This document shows positions 1 to 12,908 of a DNA stretch of 64,000 bases, in pieces (position 1 is the first letter of the stretch; every line of letters begins with the position of its first letter). Position numbers and translations under genes: made by a program. The notes beneath the pieces were generated by a model, which searched no databases, had not been told where the DNA came from, and saw only the letters and a program-made list of their open reading frames with translations. The stretch comes from Octopus sinensis. Taxonomy: Eukaryota. The stretch spans positions 45,756,001 through 45,820,000 of the forward strand of contig NC_043004.1 of NCBI RefSeq assembly GCF_006345805.1. The letters run 5' to 3'.

Positions 1-190
1 TGTTGTTGTTTTTTGTTTAAAAAAAGGAAAAAAGAACAGTGTTATCGAGGGGCGTTGAACGGCGGGCGTCGATTTGCCTCTCTGTTTAATATCTTTATGT
101 CGTTCATCATTTCATCTCATTTGTGTTATTGTCTAGCCCGCACTTGCTTCTATCTTTTTAATGCTTTTATAGCAAATCTGATGAAATAAA

Positions 191-301
191 GAAACTTGCT
201 TCCCAACCACAATGTTCCGGGTAACTGTCTGCTACTATAGCCTCGGGCCGACTAAATACTTGTGAGTGGATTTCGTAGACAGATACTGAAAGAAGCCCGT
301 C

Positions 302-369
<68 letters not shown>

Positions 370-587
370 TTGTTATTTGTGTCTGTGTTTTTCCCCACCC
401 ACCATCGCTTGACAACCGAATATTGGTGTGTTTACGTCCCCGTAACGTAGCGGTTCGGCAAAAAGAGACCGATAGAACAAGCACTAGGTTTACAAAGAAT
501 AAGTCCTGGGGTCGATTTGTTCGTCAAAGGCGGTGCTCCAGCATGGCGACAGTCAAATGACGGAAACAAGTAAAAAGTAAGAAAAAA
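191..587 (+). mobile_element. SINE family A copy (tRNA-like head, CORE-like segment, internal AT/GT microsatellite), 5' partly deleted
   Basis: Shares ctactatagcctcgggccgac...gaaagaagcccgtcg-(AT)n(GT)n-...gtcctggggtcgatttg...gtgctccagcatgg...tgacggaaacaagtaaaa with copies at 39621, 56486 and 57233. Confidence 0.85.
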
Positions 588-677
588 GTATTGAGAAATT
601 TACCTTTTTAGAAAGTCGAAATGCACCAACATTTGGGAAGAGATTTCACAAAATGTGTGTGGGTTTTGCTTTTATAG

Positions 678-881
678 ATGTGCAAGATTATTTATAATGA
701 GAAATATTATTATTATTATTATCATTTTCTGAATCACTTTGACTCGCGCTAGACTTGCGCAAACGTGTAGATGCGATCACCGATTCACAAGCACTCAATG
801 TGCGCAAGTCTAGTGTGGGTGAATGTGATTCAGAAAACGATTATAATGATATTATTTCTTAATATAAATGATCTTGCACAT
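678..881. repeat. Imperfect fold-back palindrome (MITE-like)
   Basis: atgtgcaagatt...ttctgaatcac...ctagacttgcgca is mirrored by tgcgcaagtctag...gtgattcagaa...tcttgcacat. Confidence 0.75.
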
Positions 882-959
882 GTATGAAAAAGGTTCTTTT
901 TTCAATCTTAAGTCTTTGAGCGAAAATATTCTCTCAAAATATTATAACGTTAACTTCTT

Positions 960-1570
960 ACTACACAGACACGCCTACTTGGAAACAAAAAAACTATCGG
1001 ACGTCATTGTACACCGTTTGTTGTGACATTCGAATGATGCCACCCGCACTAGCTATGTGGACAGGTCAACATTTCGACAGAATAGGGCACTAGTCTGGTG
1101 TAGGTTTATCATTTATAGGTGAGTGGATTCGAGGAACGAGACATGAAATATTTTTCTAAAGAACACTGGATCTTTTCGATTTGAATGGCAGTTTTTAACA
1201 TAATTTCTAGGTAACTAAAAAATTCAAAACTTCGTATACTGGTAGAATGTGTTTATAAAAGATCATTTTCTCTTGGCTTTCTTGAGAAAATTCTGTAGTT
1301 TGTAACATATTTCGTCTTTAATTTCTTGCATTTCGGCAATTTCAATCAATTTCAATCAATTACGTCCATTGACGTAAACAACATTCTGTGCCGTATGAAT
1401 ATGTTTTATAAACACATTCTACAAGTATGCGAAGTTTAACATTTTTTAGTTACCTAGAAATTATGTTAAAAACTGCCGTTCTAACCGAAAAGATCCAGAA
1501 CACTGACCGTCGGGAAATCGAAACCAAGATCTCGCGAGCAACAGCCTAAGCACAAGGCTATGCGCCTTCC
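960..1570 (-). mobile_element. Old SINE family D copy split by a MITE insertion
   Basis: Flanks of the MITE rejoin as ...tctaaagaacact|gaccgtcgggaaatcgaaacc..., resembling caagaacacaacgcgtcgctcggtccaggaatcgaaacc at 6012-6050. Confidence 0.6.
1168..1496. mobile_element. GG-ended MITE (Merlin-like), long-TIR variant
   Basis: Termini ggatcttttc...gaaaagatcc, about 93-bp inverted arms, perfect 8-bp TSD agaacact at 1160-1167 and 1497-1504; same family at 20238 and 51572. Confidence 0.85.
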
Positions 1571-1572
1571 TA

Positions 1573-2140
1573 TATATTGAGTTTGCAAGAAAGTAATGGC
1601 ATTTTTCGCACATACATAGAATTACGATTTTTTAATGACTTTTCTCAATATTATGCTTATTTTGCTTTTGACATTTGATAGCCGTTTCTTTTCGCTTACT
1701 TTAGAAGCATATTGTGCGTAATTTTGTTTACCATTCTAAGTTCAGTATCAATTTGAACATGGAATGCAAAAACGAACATTTTCGCAATGTTTTGCTTTTT
1801 GTATTTCCTTAAAGGTAAGAAAGCTGCTGAGGCTCACAAAGAAATATTTGAAGTTTATGGCGTTGGTTGCTTAGCAGAACGTACATGTCAGAAATGGTTT
1901 TAAACTTTCAGTTCTGGAGGTATTTCACTTAAAGATGACCAATGTTCTGGTTGACCTACCGAAGATGATGATAACCGAATCAAAGCCATAATTGAATCTG
2001 ATTGTCATACAACTGTGCGACAGAAAGCAGAGAGATTAAATGTATGACACACAACAATAGAAAATCACTTAAAATGTCTTGGACTCCTTAAGAAACTCGA
2101 TATTTGGGTTCCACATAAATTGAAAGAGATTCAAAACACC
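1573..2140 (+). pseudogene. Mariner transposase 5' remnant with left TIR
   Basis: TIR-like tattgagtttgcaagaaagtaatggcattttt; ATG at 1759 gives MECKNEHFRNVLLF..KGKKAAEAHKEIFEVYG..CQKWF..SG..KKLDIWVPHKL (WVPHEL motif at 2105) with a frameshift and stops; truncated by (AT)n. Confidence 0.9.
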
Positions 2141-2160
2141 AGAAAAAAAACAATATTTTC

Positions 2161-2161
2161 G

Positions 2162-2220
<59 letters not shown>

Positions 2221-2335
2221 GTTATGTACACGCACATAACGTTATTGCATGTATATTTATATATTCATATACATATATTTGTGCATATCTATCTATCTAT
2301 CTATATATCTATCTCTCTATCTGTCTATTTATCTA

Positions 2336-2366
<31 letters not shown>

Positions 2367-2415
2367 ATCTATCTATCTATCTATCTATCTGTCTATTTAT
2401 CTATCTATCTATCTA

Positions 2416-2449
<34 letters not shown>

Positions 2450-2520
2450 CCCTCTCTCTGCCTCTGTCTCTGTCTGTTTGTCTGTCTGTCTGTCTCTCTG
2501 CCCCTCTCTCTCTCTCTATT
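2161..2520. repeat. Compound (AT)n/(ATCT)n/(CT)n microsatellite
   Basis: Direct reading. Confidence 0.95.
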
Positions 2521-2924
2521 TTACTTGTTCCAGTCATTTGACTGCGGCCATGTTGGACACCACTGAAAAGCCGCCCTCTGCCGCCGGTCTTTGACGAGCA
2601 TCGCCAACCCTACCCGACGAACAATTCGAGCCCAGGATTGTACTTTTAGGCCTAATACATATTTTATCAGTCTCTTTTGCCGAACAGCTAATTTACTGAG
2701 ACGTAAACACACCAAGATCGGCAGTCAATCGCTGATGAGGGTAGGGAAACACAAACAACAAACACACAAATAGATATTTATATATAAATACGAAAAGCAT
2801 CTTTCAGTTTCCTTCTACCAAATTCATTCACGCGGCTTTGGTTGCCTGAGGTTATAAATAGAAAAACACTTGTCCAAGTTGCCACGCAGTGGGACTGAAC
2901 CATAACCATGTGGTTGGGAAGCAA
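2519..2924 (-). mobile_element. SINE family A copy, diverged, with an insert of about 50 bp
   Basis: Reverse match: cagtcatttgactgcggccatg...gccgaacagctaa...acacttgtccaagttgccacgcagtgggactgaacc. Confidence 0.8.
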
Positions 2925-3400
2925 TGTATATATAAGGATAGATACACATGCACTTGTATATATTTATGAGTGTGTAGCACATATTAGCAACCATAATCCC
3001 ATATATACAACACAGACCAGGAGAAAAATTACAACTGATCTTTATCCGACATTACTCAACTTACCGCATTGAAAACGTCTAATATTTGAAACAAAAGTTA
3101 ACTTAAGCGTACGCTATATTTAGTTACATAGCACAACCGTACTAAAGCTACTTTATAGCAAATTCCATTCCTATATTCTATTCTTTAACTATTAGTTTTC
3201 GAAATATAATCTTCATTCAAAAGTTGAATATGAGTTAAAACTACTATAATGTTAAAAAGTCATCGTACTGCATAACGTCATACTATAAAGGTTGTAGAAA
3301 TTCTTAGAAAATTTAATATATATCTTCTGCAGTATCCACTACACACACCGAAGCACGCCTGAGTGTGTGTGCCTGTCTTTGTGCACGTACGCGTGCGTGA

Positions 3401-3440
<40 letters not shown>

Positions 3441-4249
3441 GAATGTTTGAAAAGGCAATTTTTAAGGTGTTTATTCACTTCACCGGTTTCACTTTTTTAG
3501 AAAAATGATTGTCAAAAGTAAAATGTAAAGCTTTGTATAAGCTTTGTTGTGTTTAGTAATGGTTGTCACAAAAGTATTAAAATACATATATACACCCTTT
3601 GATAATAATAAGAAAATGTTAAAAGCAGTATACAAGAAAGTATTTAAGATAATATTCAACAAAAAGTATTAGGAGTTCAATATAAATTATGTTTGTTTGG
3701 TAGTATATATATATATACACACACAGAAGGAGATATATTCAAGAATTTACAAAACATTGGTGAGGAACCAACCTGTCTTTTAGGGATTTTTTTCTGTTTT
3801 TTGTGTAGCTAAGGAATGTTTGCTATTTTAACGGACAGTGTAGGAGGTTCGTTGGAGTGGGGGAATGAGGAGCAATGGGGAATTAAAAGGATTTTTTTTG
3901 TTTCTGGGTTAGTCTGTCATGGCTCAGTGGATTTTGGGACTGGTCTTAGAGGTCAGAATGGTGTGACTGTATGTGTGTCTGAGCACCTCTCTATGTGTGT
4001 GGGGGCCGTTTTTGATTGGTCCCAGAGTTTATTGTGGCATGTGTATATGGGTCTGTGTCTGATTTATATTCGGTAGGATGGTGTGTGTGTATATGTGTGC
4101 ACGTTTGTGTGTGTATGTAGGTGTGTGATTAATATTTGTTAGGGTGTTGCGTGCGTGCATGTGTGTGTGTATTTGTTTGCGTGTGTGTACGTGAGTGTGT
4201 GTCTCTGTCTGAGTATGTTTGTGTCTCTTAATAAGGTTTTCTACTATAG

Positions 4250-4450
4250 GCTCAAAGCCTGAAATCTTTGATGAAGTGGGGTAGTCACTTACATCAACTC
4301 CACAAATTCTCAACTGGTACTTATATTTCAGACCCAGAAAGGATGAAAAGCAAAGCCGGCCTCGGGGTAATTGAACTCAGAACTTAAACCCGGAAGAAAT
4401 ATCGGTGAGCATTTTGTCCGGCATGTTAACCTTCTACCATCTAACCGCCG
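4250..4450 (-). mobile_element. SINE family B copy, diverged
   Basis: aactggtactta...gaaaggatgaaaagcaaagc...ttgaactcagaac matches the reverse of the family B core. Confidence 0.65.
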
Positions 4451-5448
4451 TACTTCTCTATCTTAATAATAAAATGGTGTCAGCTGTTCAAGTCCCGTGG
4501 CGTGACAGTGCAAGGTTTGAAAGTAATTACTGCAGTCGATATAAATTAATAAAATACCTTAAAGCTGTACTCCAGTATGGCCAAAATCTAATGCCTGAAA
4601 CAAATGACTAAGTAAAAGAGTTAAATTAAGTATGATACAGAATTTACTGCCATTTCTAGCAAATCTAGCCTTAGAGCTGTTACATCCAGCTTTTCCTCAC
4701 TAATAATACATGAAATTTAAATTAACTCTCCCATAGACACCCACAATTATGAAATATATGTCTCCTTAAATATCTGATTTAATTAACAAATTATTGGCAT
4801 TTATATATTTTTTATTTTAGTTTTATGTCTTTGTTGAAATAGGTGTTGCGTTGGACGTTGAAGTCTTCCTGTAGTCGTAGGAGCTCTCTCCTAACATAAG
4901 GTTTATTTTCGATATTTTTAGACCGGACAGAGCCGATCACTTCCGGGCTTACCACAGGCGGGCAGACAAATACAGAAGAGTCGATTACATTACAGAACCG
5001 GTACCTTATATATCAATCCGGGTAAGAGGTAAAAGCGAATTTGATGTCGGTGATATTTGAACTCAAGACGTAGTCAGCTAGAACAATCTTTGCAAGGCAA
5101 TCTTTCCAACACTCTTACCATTTAGCCAAAACCTTAAATGTACAGCCCCAACCCACCAACAAATCCTTTCAAATATCTAGTGACTTAAGATTTCGTACAG
5201 GAAAATTCTCTGTCGAACTGACACTGATTGCATTGAGTCTACAAACGGAGAAGTTAGTCTTCATAAGATTCAATGGCCAATCAAATGCTAGGAAACATTC
5301 ATGCAAGCTTGCTTCCTTCATATTAGGATTATTTGCATTATACTGAAAGAAATTTGATCAACATTTTCTTTTGGATACTGGTTTGGAAATTTCTCTTTAT
5401 CAAACTAATAAACTAATGGAATTAGTACAAGCGAGAAGCAAGCTTCTC

Positions 5449-5796
5449 TTGCGTGGCAACTTGGGCAACTGTTGTCTACAGTACTCCACTGCAAACCATA
5501 ACCTTGTGTGATGATTCAGTCGACGAGAACTGACAGAAGACGTTCGTATATGTCTGACTGCATCTTTGTGTGTGCGTTCGTACCTCTGTGTTCGTGTTAG
5601 GCCCCCACCAACGCTTGACAATCAGTGGGGGTTTGTTTATGCCTCCGTAGCCTTACGGTTCGGCAAAAGAAATCGATAGGATAAGTATCAGTTCTTGAAA
5701 ACAAAAATGTACCGGGGTCAACTTGTTCGACAAAATTCTTCACGATAGTGCTCCAACATGGCCGCAGTGCATTGATTCAGACAAATAAAAGATAAA
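5449..5796 (+). mobile_element. SINE family A copy, old and diverged
   Basis: gcgtggcaacttgggcaactg...cggttcggcaaaagaaatcgatag...gtgctccaacatggccgcag. Confidence 0.7.
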
Positions 5797-5889
5797 GTGA
5801 TATTGTGACTTACGTTATGCGTAGATAGACATTTTAAAAAGATAGAAATTATGACATAAAAAAAAAAAATAAATAATAAATGCACCCTG

Positions 5890-6104
5890 TTAAAGCCTAG
5901 CCAGATTCATGGGCCCGGTTTCCCGGTTTCTATGGTGTATGTGTTCCCCAGCTGGATCTTTCTTTTTGCCAGCTGAGTGGACTGGAGCAACGTAAAATGA
6001 AGTGTTTTGTTCAAGAACACAACGCGTCGCTCGGTCCAGGAATCGAAACCACAATCTTACGATGGTAGTGCTGACACAGTAACCGCTAAGCCACGCGCAT
6101 CCAC
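5890..6104 (-). mobile_element. SINE family D copy (tRNA head, CORE-like ttcttgaacaaaacactt segment)
   Basis: Head shared with 50363-50689; tail begins like the 43374 copy (atgggcccggtttcccggtttc). Confidence 0.75.
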
Positions 6105-6235
6105 ATGACAATAAGGAATATAAATATTAGTAACAGTGACGCAAAAAGGCATTCATACGCTTGGGAGGAATATCAGAACACTGGGACAAATCTTATTTAA
6201 TCGGATGTTTTGCGCTAACACTCCTTTTTCTCTAG

Positions 6236-6309
6236 GTGTTTAAAAGCAACATCGATTGTGGGCGACTTTTTTTTTACTCGGAATGAAAAGGGAAAGAAGT
6301 GAAAAAAAG
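6236..6309 (+). other. Candidate exon (UTR or first coding exon; possible ATG at 6283 giving MKRERSEKK)
   Basis: Branch-like gctaac, pyrimidine tract ctcctttttctctag| and donor aag|gtaaga; no frame is open across the whole 74 nt. Confidence 0.35.
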
Positions 6310-7192
6310 GTAAGAAATATTGTAAAGTAGTTAGTTCGACGTTCAGCCACACCCACGAGCTTAAACCAATTACCAGAAGGTAAGAGAGATACCTCTAACA
6401 GGTCTATACATTTCAATTATCGTACATAGCTAAACGTCTCCTTCACACATATTTTGACGTCATAAATATTGCCTAAGGGTAATGATTCTTCCTAGTATAT
6501 TCCATGAACATAAACTACACAATATGATGCCAAAATTACAACATTTTTATAAGGAAGTTATTGCATTTAGCTTTTCTTCAGAACTTGGATATTTTCCAGC
6601 AGAAAAAGAAACAAATAAATACAGCGTTATAGATTAAACATTCCAAACTCAAAGCGAGATCAAAGGAACGTTAAAATTTTATAACTATACGGAAAATTCA
6701 TCTCAGAAGCTGAAATTGAAATTCAATCTAAGAAGAAGGGAAAAAAATGAAAAGAAAAACCGATTTAAAGCAGCCAACGTTTTCAACGTTTTAAGTATAC
6801 TACAGACATAAGATGGAAAGCCTTTAACTAGTCTGAACGAATCGGTTTATGAATTTAATTACACCCAATAAACAATGTAACCATGAACCTTTTACTGGCA
6901 AATGTATAGAATGAGTTAGCTACAAAGCTAAATTGATATTATGCAAGCGTACACGAAGTTATTGGTTTATGAATTTATAAAAGTATTTTTAACCCAATTT
7001 AACACTCCAGCTTAACAATATATTACATATAGTCAAGAATATAACAAACTAACATCTTCAATGTAGATCATTTCGCTGCGCTTCTATATCTATAGTTTGC
7101 GCAATAACCGTAAAGTCAGGTAAGAAATATATTTACAGCTAAACATTATGTTGATTAAAATATTTTCAATTTACACAGCTAAAAACCTGCTT

Positions 7193-7457
<265 letters not shown>

Positions 7458-7754
7458 TAACTATCTGGCTGGCTGGTAGTCTATCATATTGTCTCTATAT
7501 TAATATATCTAATACCTATCTTTCTATCAAACTATCTATCTGAATGTACATCAGCTTTTCTCTGATATACACTTGGTGAAGATTTTGTAACCAAGAAAGT
7601 TCACACTATCCCACTAATACGTATCGATCAATGCTTGATCATCTTCCCACGTATTTTACAGGGTAACCCAATAGCCGCTAGACTATTTCACAATATAATC
7701 CTCTTCTTTAACATCCACATATGCTCTTTTATAAACATTGAGTACACTTCTTGG

Positions 7755-8165
7755 AAAACATATTTTAATTACTTTTGAAAGTAAGGCCACAATTTTCTCC
7801 TAGAGAAGAGCGGACCCTTTTTAAACAGTTTTCCATCACTGTTCATGATATTTCTTGGCGCATTCCTTCAATTTTTTTCACAGATGTTGGCTTTGAGTTG
7901 CTGGATGGTCCGAAGTACTCTGTCTTTCAGATATTACTAAAAAGAAAATTCTGGGGCCGTTATATCAGGTAAGCCTGAAGGCCAATTGAATTCAGAATTT
8001 CTCAAAAGTATCTTCCTTCCAAATATGTGCCTTAAGAGATATATCGTTGGGCGAATTTTATTAATAGTAGCCCCATCTTACTGTCAGCATACATCCGGTA
8101 TGTTCTCAAGTACAGAATGTACAAATGTTCAAGCATGCCTCGTTACCTTTCCCCAGTGACGTTTA
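7755..8165 (-). pseudogene. Tc1/mariner-superfamily transposase C-terminal remnant
   Basis: Minus strand reads VTGEK...Q*DGAT...IFGRK...NWPSGLPDITAPEFSF**YLKDRV..TIQQLKANI, matching the QQDGAT and WPPRSPDL..DFFLWGYLK motifs; multiple stops. Confidence 0.8.
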
Positions 8166-8352
8166 GAGCGTTTTGAATATTTTGAATATTTTGAAGGAAT
8201 AAACAGTCTGATTTGTTTAGAGAGGAGAGGCAGCTGTAGTCAAGTATTTTGACTCAATAGCCGCTATCAACTCAGCTGTTATCGTAACTCAACTTTTAGC
8301 TGACATAATATTTGGACATGCACGTACAACAGTATTTATATCTATCTATCTA

Positions 8353-8480
<128 letters not shown>

Positions 8481-8489
8481 TCAATTCAA

Positions 8490-8717
8490 ATAAACAAACA
8501 ATGAAATTAACAATTAACAGTGGAAGACAACAAGAGGAGGGGCACAAAGAATATATTAGTGTGACGCTCAGCAAAAAGAGAGTGTTTGACGCTTCGAGCA
8601 TAGCTCTTCGTCGGACTGTAGAACGGGAAAGTCTAAAAAAAAGAATGTTATATACATACATATATACACACACAAACACACACACACACATACACAGACA
8701 CAGACACACACACACAT

Positions 8718-8754
<37 letters not shown>

Positions 8755-9200
8755 AATGCGAGAACTTATCGTGACAAGGGTGCATGGCGTTCGATTATGA
8801 ATAAAAAATACACATTAAGTACAGGACATCAGCAACGAGCGAAAAACCAGTAAACACACGAGAGATAAGTAAAGGACGAAATACAAAAAAATGCACAATA
8901 AGAACAGAACATCAACAACGAGTAAAAATACGTAAACACATAACTAGAGACAAGTATGGGACAAAATACCAAAAGAAGTCTAACTCCTCCTCAGTTGTCG
9001 ACTATTTAAAACTCCCTACCTCGAGGTTTCAACTACAAGATTGGAAAACTTCATAAGACAGCAGCATCTAGATATTTTAAAAATATAAAATTTGTGGAGA
9101 GTTAGGGCTTCGAACGAACGAACTAACAGCAACAGTGTGGACGTACAGAGTAAGCAATCGATGAAGACAAATATTAAGGGGTGTTAAGCCAATACACATA
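8490..9200 (-). mobile_element. Penelope-like terminal-repeat remnants with decayed hammerhead-like motifs
   Basis: Minus strand has ccgacgaagagctatgctcgaagcgtc (8588-8617) and cttatga...gaaacctcgaggta (9012-9060); degenerate 70-bp direct repeat at about 8823-8890 and 8906-8975. Confidence 0.5.
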
Positions 9201-9755
9201 TTATTAGGCAAAACAACCTTCTCTCAATAAATAAATGTATCTTCGGTCAAAACCAGTTGTTTACCCACTGACTGTTGGCAATACCTATTTGCGTACATTC
9301 TGTTAAAATAAATCAGAACTGCACTGATACCAAGAAATGGCGGCCATTTTTGTGATTGAGCAACATTTTCACCGACACAAATTATTAGACAAGTATAAAA
9401 CAACCGCATTATTTGAACTTAAAACTAAGGAATACGGGTTGGTATTTAATTTATCACTTTAACGAAAAACACTGCGAGTTGTCACCCTACATGAAATATT
9501 TTGAAATCGATTCGTTTCAGTTTTTCTAAAACAGTTCTTTGTGCAGAGAAATTAACAAAAACAAATATCAATAAGTATGAGTGTCTGAGTGTTTGTTTAT
9601 ATGAGTGAAAACTACGCATATACATACCGTAGAAAATGTATTGAAAATACATATACCTTGCATTATTTTTTACGTGTCATTACGTCGAAGTAATTTCCTT
9701 TATTATATTACCATTCACCAATTGCAAAATAGCTATCGCTTTTCCGATTATAGGT

Positions 9756-9792
9756 GTATATATGTGTCTATATATATATAGATATATATATA

Positions 9793-9847
<55 letters not shown>

Positions 9848-9926
9848 TATATATAATATATATATATATATGTATATTATATATATATATATATAATATA
9901 TATAATGTATATATATATATGTATAT

Positions 9927-9959
<33 letters not shown>

Positions 9960-9999
9960 GTATATATATATATTATATATATATATGTATGTATGTATG

Positions 10000-10030
<31 letters not shown>

Positions 10031-10032
10031 GT

Positions 10033-10065
<33 letters not shown>

Positions 10066-10077
10066 GTATATATATAG

Positions 10078-10118
<41 letters not shown>
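9756..10118. repeat. Interrupted (AT)n/(ATGT)n microsatellite
   Basis: Direct reading. Confidence 0.95.
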
Positions 10119-10121
<3 letters not shown>

Positions 10122-10644
10122 TCATACATTCAGTCACACGCACACAGACATATATGTATCTATGCATGTAAATATGCGTGTACAAATGAGTTGTTGTGGT
10201 AAGTGTGTGAGTGTGTGTGGATGTCTGTGTGCGCATATGCGTGCCTTTGTGTGTGTGATAATATGCGTGTATGTGTGTGCGTCTGTGTGTATGGATGTGT
10301 TTATTAGGTAATACATTATTTGTTTTAATGCATAAGATTTGTATCTACAAATGCATAACGATTGAGTGCTAGATTTCGTACAAAGTTTTATCGACCAGGA
10401 GAGAATTAAATAATTTAAACGTAGGGTATGAGTTTATCTGTTTTAAAGCTGTTGCGCATAACCATTCGTATGCAGATGAAATTTCACCCACAGAAAAATA
10501 TGAGACTGCTTAAGGTTGATGCCCCTAATACTGAATATGAAAATAATTCAGTAAAAAACCGTTAAGGTTCATTAAATGTTTTTTTTTTCATCAGAGTCGT
10601 CCTTGAACTAAACGAGAGCATACGATTCATTAATAACATTAGGG

Positions 10645-10645
<1 letters not shown>

Positions 10646-10687
<42 letters not shown>

Positions 10688-10754
10688 TTCTTCTTCTTCT
10701 TCTTCTTCTTCTTCTTCTTCTTCTTCTTCTTTTTCTTCTTCTTCTTCTTCTTCA
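10646..10754. repeat. (CTT)n/(GAA)n microsatellite
   Basis: Direct reading. Confidence 0.95.
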
Positions 10755-10813
10755 ATATAACGGCCGTATAGGTCGGGAGTGGTAACAGTGAAACTTGAGA
10801 ACATATATATATA

Positions 10814-10857
<44 letters not shown>

Positions 10858-10899
10858 ATATATATAGATATATATATAGTTATTGACGTGTTAGAAGGA

Positions 10900-11570
10900 G
10901 CAAGAGGACTTACGGAACTTCATGTTGGGTGGGTGTTTCCTCGATCTGATTCCATAGGCGTTGCTCTCCGGGGATGGTGTGGCTAGGTCGTGGTAGGATG
11001 CTTTTCACCCCATACGCCTAATTACGTCCATTATCTTTTCCAGCAGTATTCGAGTGCACAGCTCGTTGGATGGCGTAGGTATATTCTTAGTGGAGTAGCC
11101 GAGGCAAAGCGTTCCATATTTATGAGAGACCTGTGGTCTCCGTAAGTATATATAAACGCGGTCAACTGGTCATCTATTAAACATAAAGCACATGGCCCAT
11201 GTAAAACAACTGAGAGACGATGGGATTCCATATTCGATCTCGTGGAAAATCCCCGAGAACGAATGTCCCTACATCAACGGGACAAAACGATGCTCTACCT
11301 CGAACGAAGGAACATCCTTAACACCAGAACGAAAATTTTCGGGCCATACCTACATTTACGGAGGTTCCTGCTAGCCTTTTGAAGCCCAAAAGATGGTGGC
11401 ACAGCCGGAGGTCGATAGCCAATAGGCAAGGGAGATAATCCCCATCGTTACCTTTGAGAAGTGAGGCATTTCCTCCTCCATGTTTTAAAGAGGTATTGGA
11501 CCAATATGGATGATGCGCTATAAAGCTAAACCCTTTAAGGACGGGGAACCTAACGTAAGTCTATAAACGG
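10900..11570. mobile_element. Rearranged Penelope-like fragments (GIY-YIG C-terminus on +, post-RT fragment on -)
   Basis: + frame 11192-11350 HVKQLRDDGIPYSISWKI..PYINGTKRC..ILNTRTKIF resembles the PLE endonuclease tail LK..Y.I.W.I..PY...KRC..LLN.R.EIF; minus strand near 10920 reads YGIRSRKHPPN (SNHPP motif). Confidence 0.65.
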
Positions 11571-11606
11571 GCCTTTCCCAGTTTTATATGTACACGCACA
11601 CCACAC

Positions 11607-11650
<44 letters not shown>

Positions 11651-12121
11651 CTATAAAAAAGTTACGGTTCCTTGTTCAAATACAGCCTTTTATTAAATAC
11701 ACATCCAAGAAAATATAAATGTAAAGAAATGAATGAAATAAACCAGCTCCAGTCTCCTTAAGAATAAACAATACAAGTTTTAAAAATAAGATAAAGGATT
11801 CATGATTTTTCTCATCATTGATATATATTCCTGCAGGTTCTTATATGTTTGTAACATACCCCTAGTATTAAAATAGTCTCCACCCTTGCCTTGAAACATC
11901 TAGCCAGGTTCTTTACTATATTTACCGACTCACACAAACCCTTTGGTTCTTTCCATGTGTATCGAGTCTAAAGTTACCAAACGAAATACTTTATACGAAA
12001 TAACATCTGGTACATATGGTTTGAAAGACACATTAACACGCTGTCAGCTTAAACGAAATCAAGGCGATTGGATAACACCATGCGTAACTTAATATCGTCA
12101 TAAATGTAGACGAGAAGGTTA

Positions 12122-12132
12122 TGTTATTATTA

Positions 12133-12191
<59 letters not shown>

Positions 12192-12306
12192 TTCATCATC
12201 ATCATCATCACATCATCATCATCATCATCATCATCATCACATCATCATCATCATCATCATCATAATCATCATTATCATCATCATTATCATCATCATCATC
12301 ATCATC
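12122..12306. repeat. (ATT)n-(CAT)n microsatellite
   Basis: Direct reading. Confidence 0.95.
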
Positions 12307-12678
12307 GTAGGATTGGCGAGCTGTATGTGATAAAACATATGTAATGGAGAATTTAATAGTCTCGTCCTTTTCTTTCTTTATTTCCTCTTCGTACTACCGT
12401 CTGTTCTTCCATTCTGTGTTCCTTTCCTTGAAGATATCGTTTCATATGGATACGTTTCTTTGCGACGTATTTATGTTTCAGTGTATACATTACACACACC
12501 GAAAAACACAAACGAAAAAAGGAAAAAAACGTGCATTAATATCGCATATACATTAAACATAATGTGTTAAAACGCATAGAAACGCACACACACACACACA
12601 CACACACAAACAATCACGAAGGCACTCATTTATGACATTTGCACATTCATACACACACATTTATATGCGTACATATAA

Positions 12679-12908
12679 GGCGGCGAGCTGGCAGAAACGT
12701 TAGCACACCGGGCGAAATGCGTAGCCGTATTTCGTCTGCCGTTACGTTCTGAGTTCAAATTCCGCCGAGGTCGACTTTCCCTTTCATCCTTTCGGGGTCG
12801 ATAAATTAAGTACCAGTAACGCACTGGGGGCGATGTAATGGACTTAATCCGTTTGTCTGTCCTTGTTTGTCCCCTCTGTGTTTAGCCCCTTGTGGGTAAT
12901 AAAAAAAC
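12679..12908 (+). mobile_element. SINE family B, full-length monomer
   Basis: ggcggcgagctggcagaaacgttagc (A-box-like), gagttcaaattcc (B-box-like), core gtcgactttccctttcatcctttcggggtcgataaattaagtaccag. Confidence 0.9.

Noticed and set aside
9335-9349. Palindrome aaatggcggccattt resembling a YY1 site
   Set aside because: 15 bp only, no promoter context; expected by chance or from transposon debris
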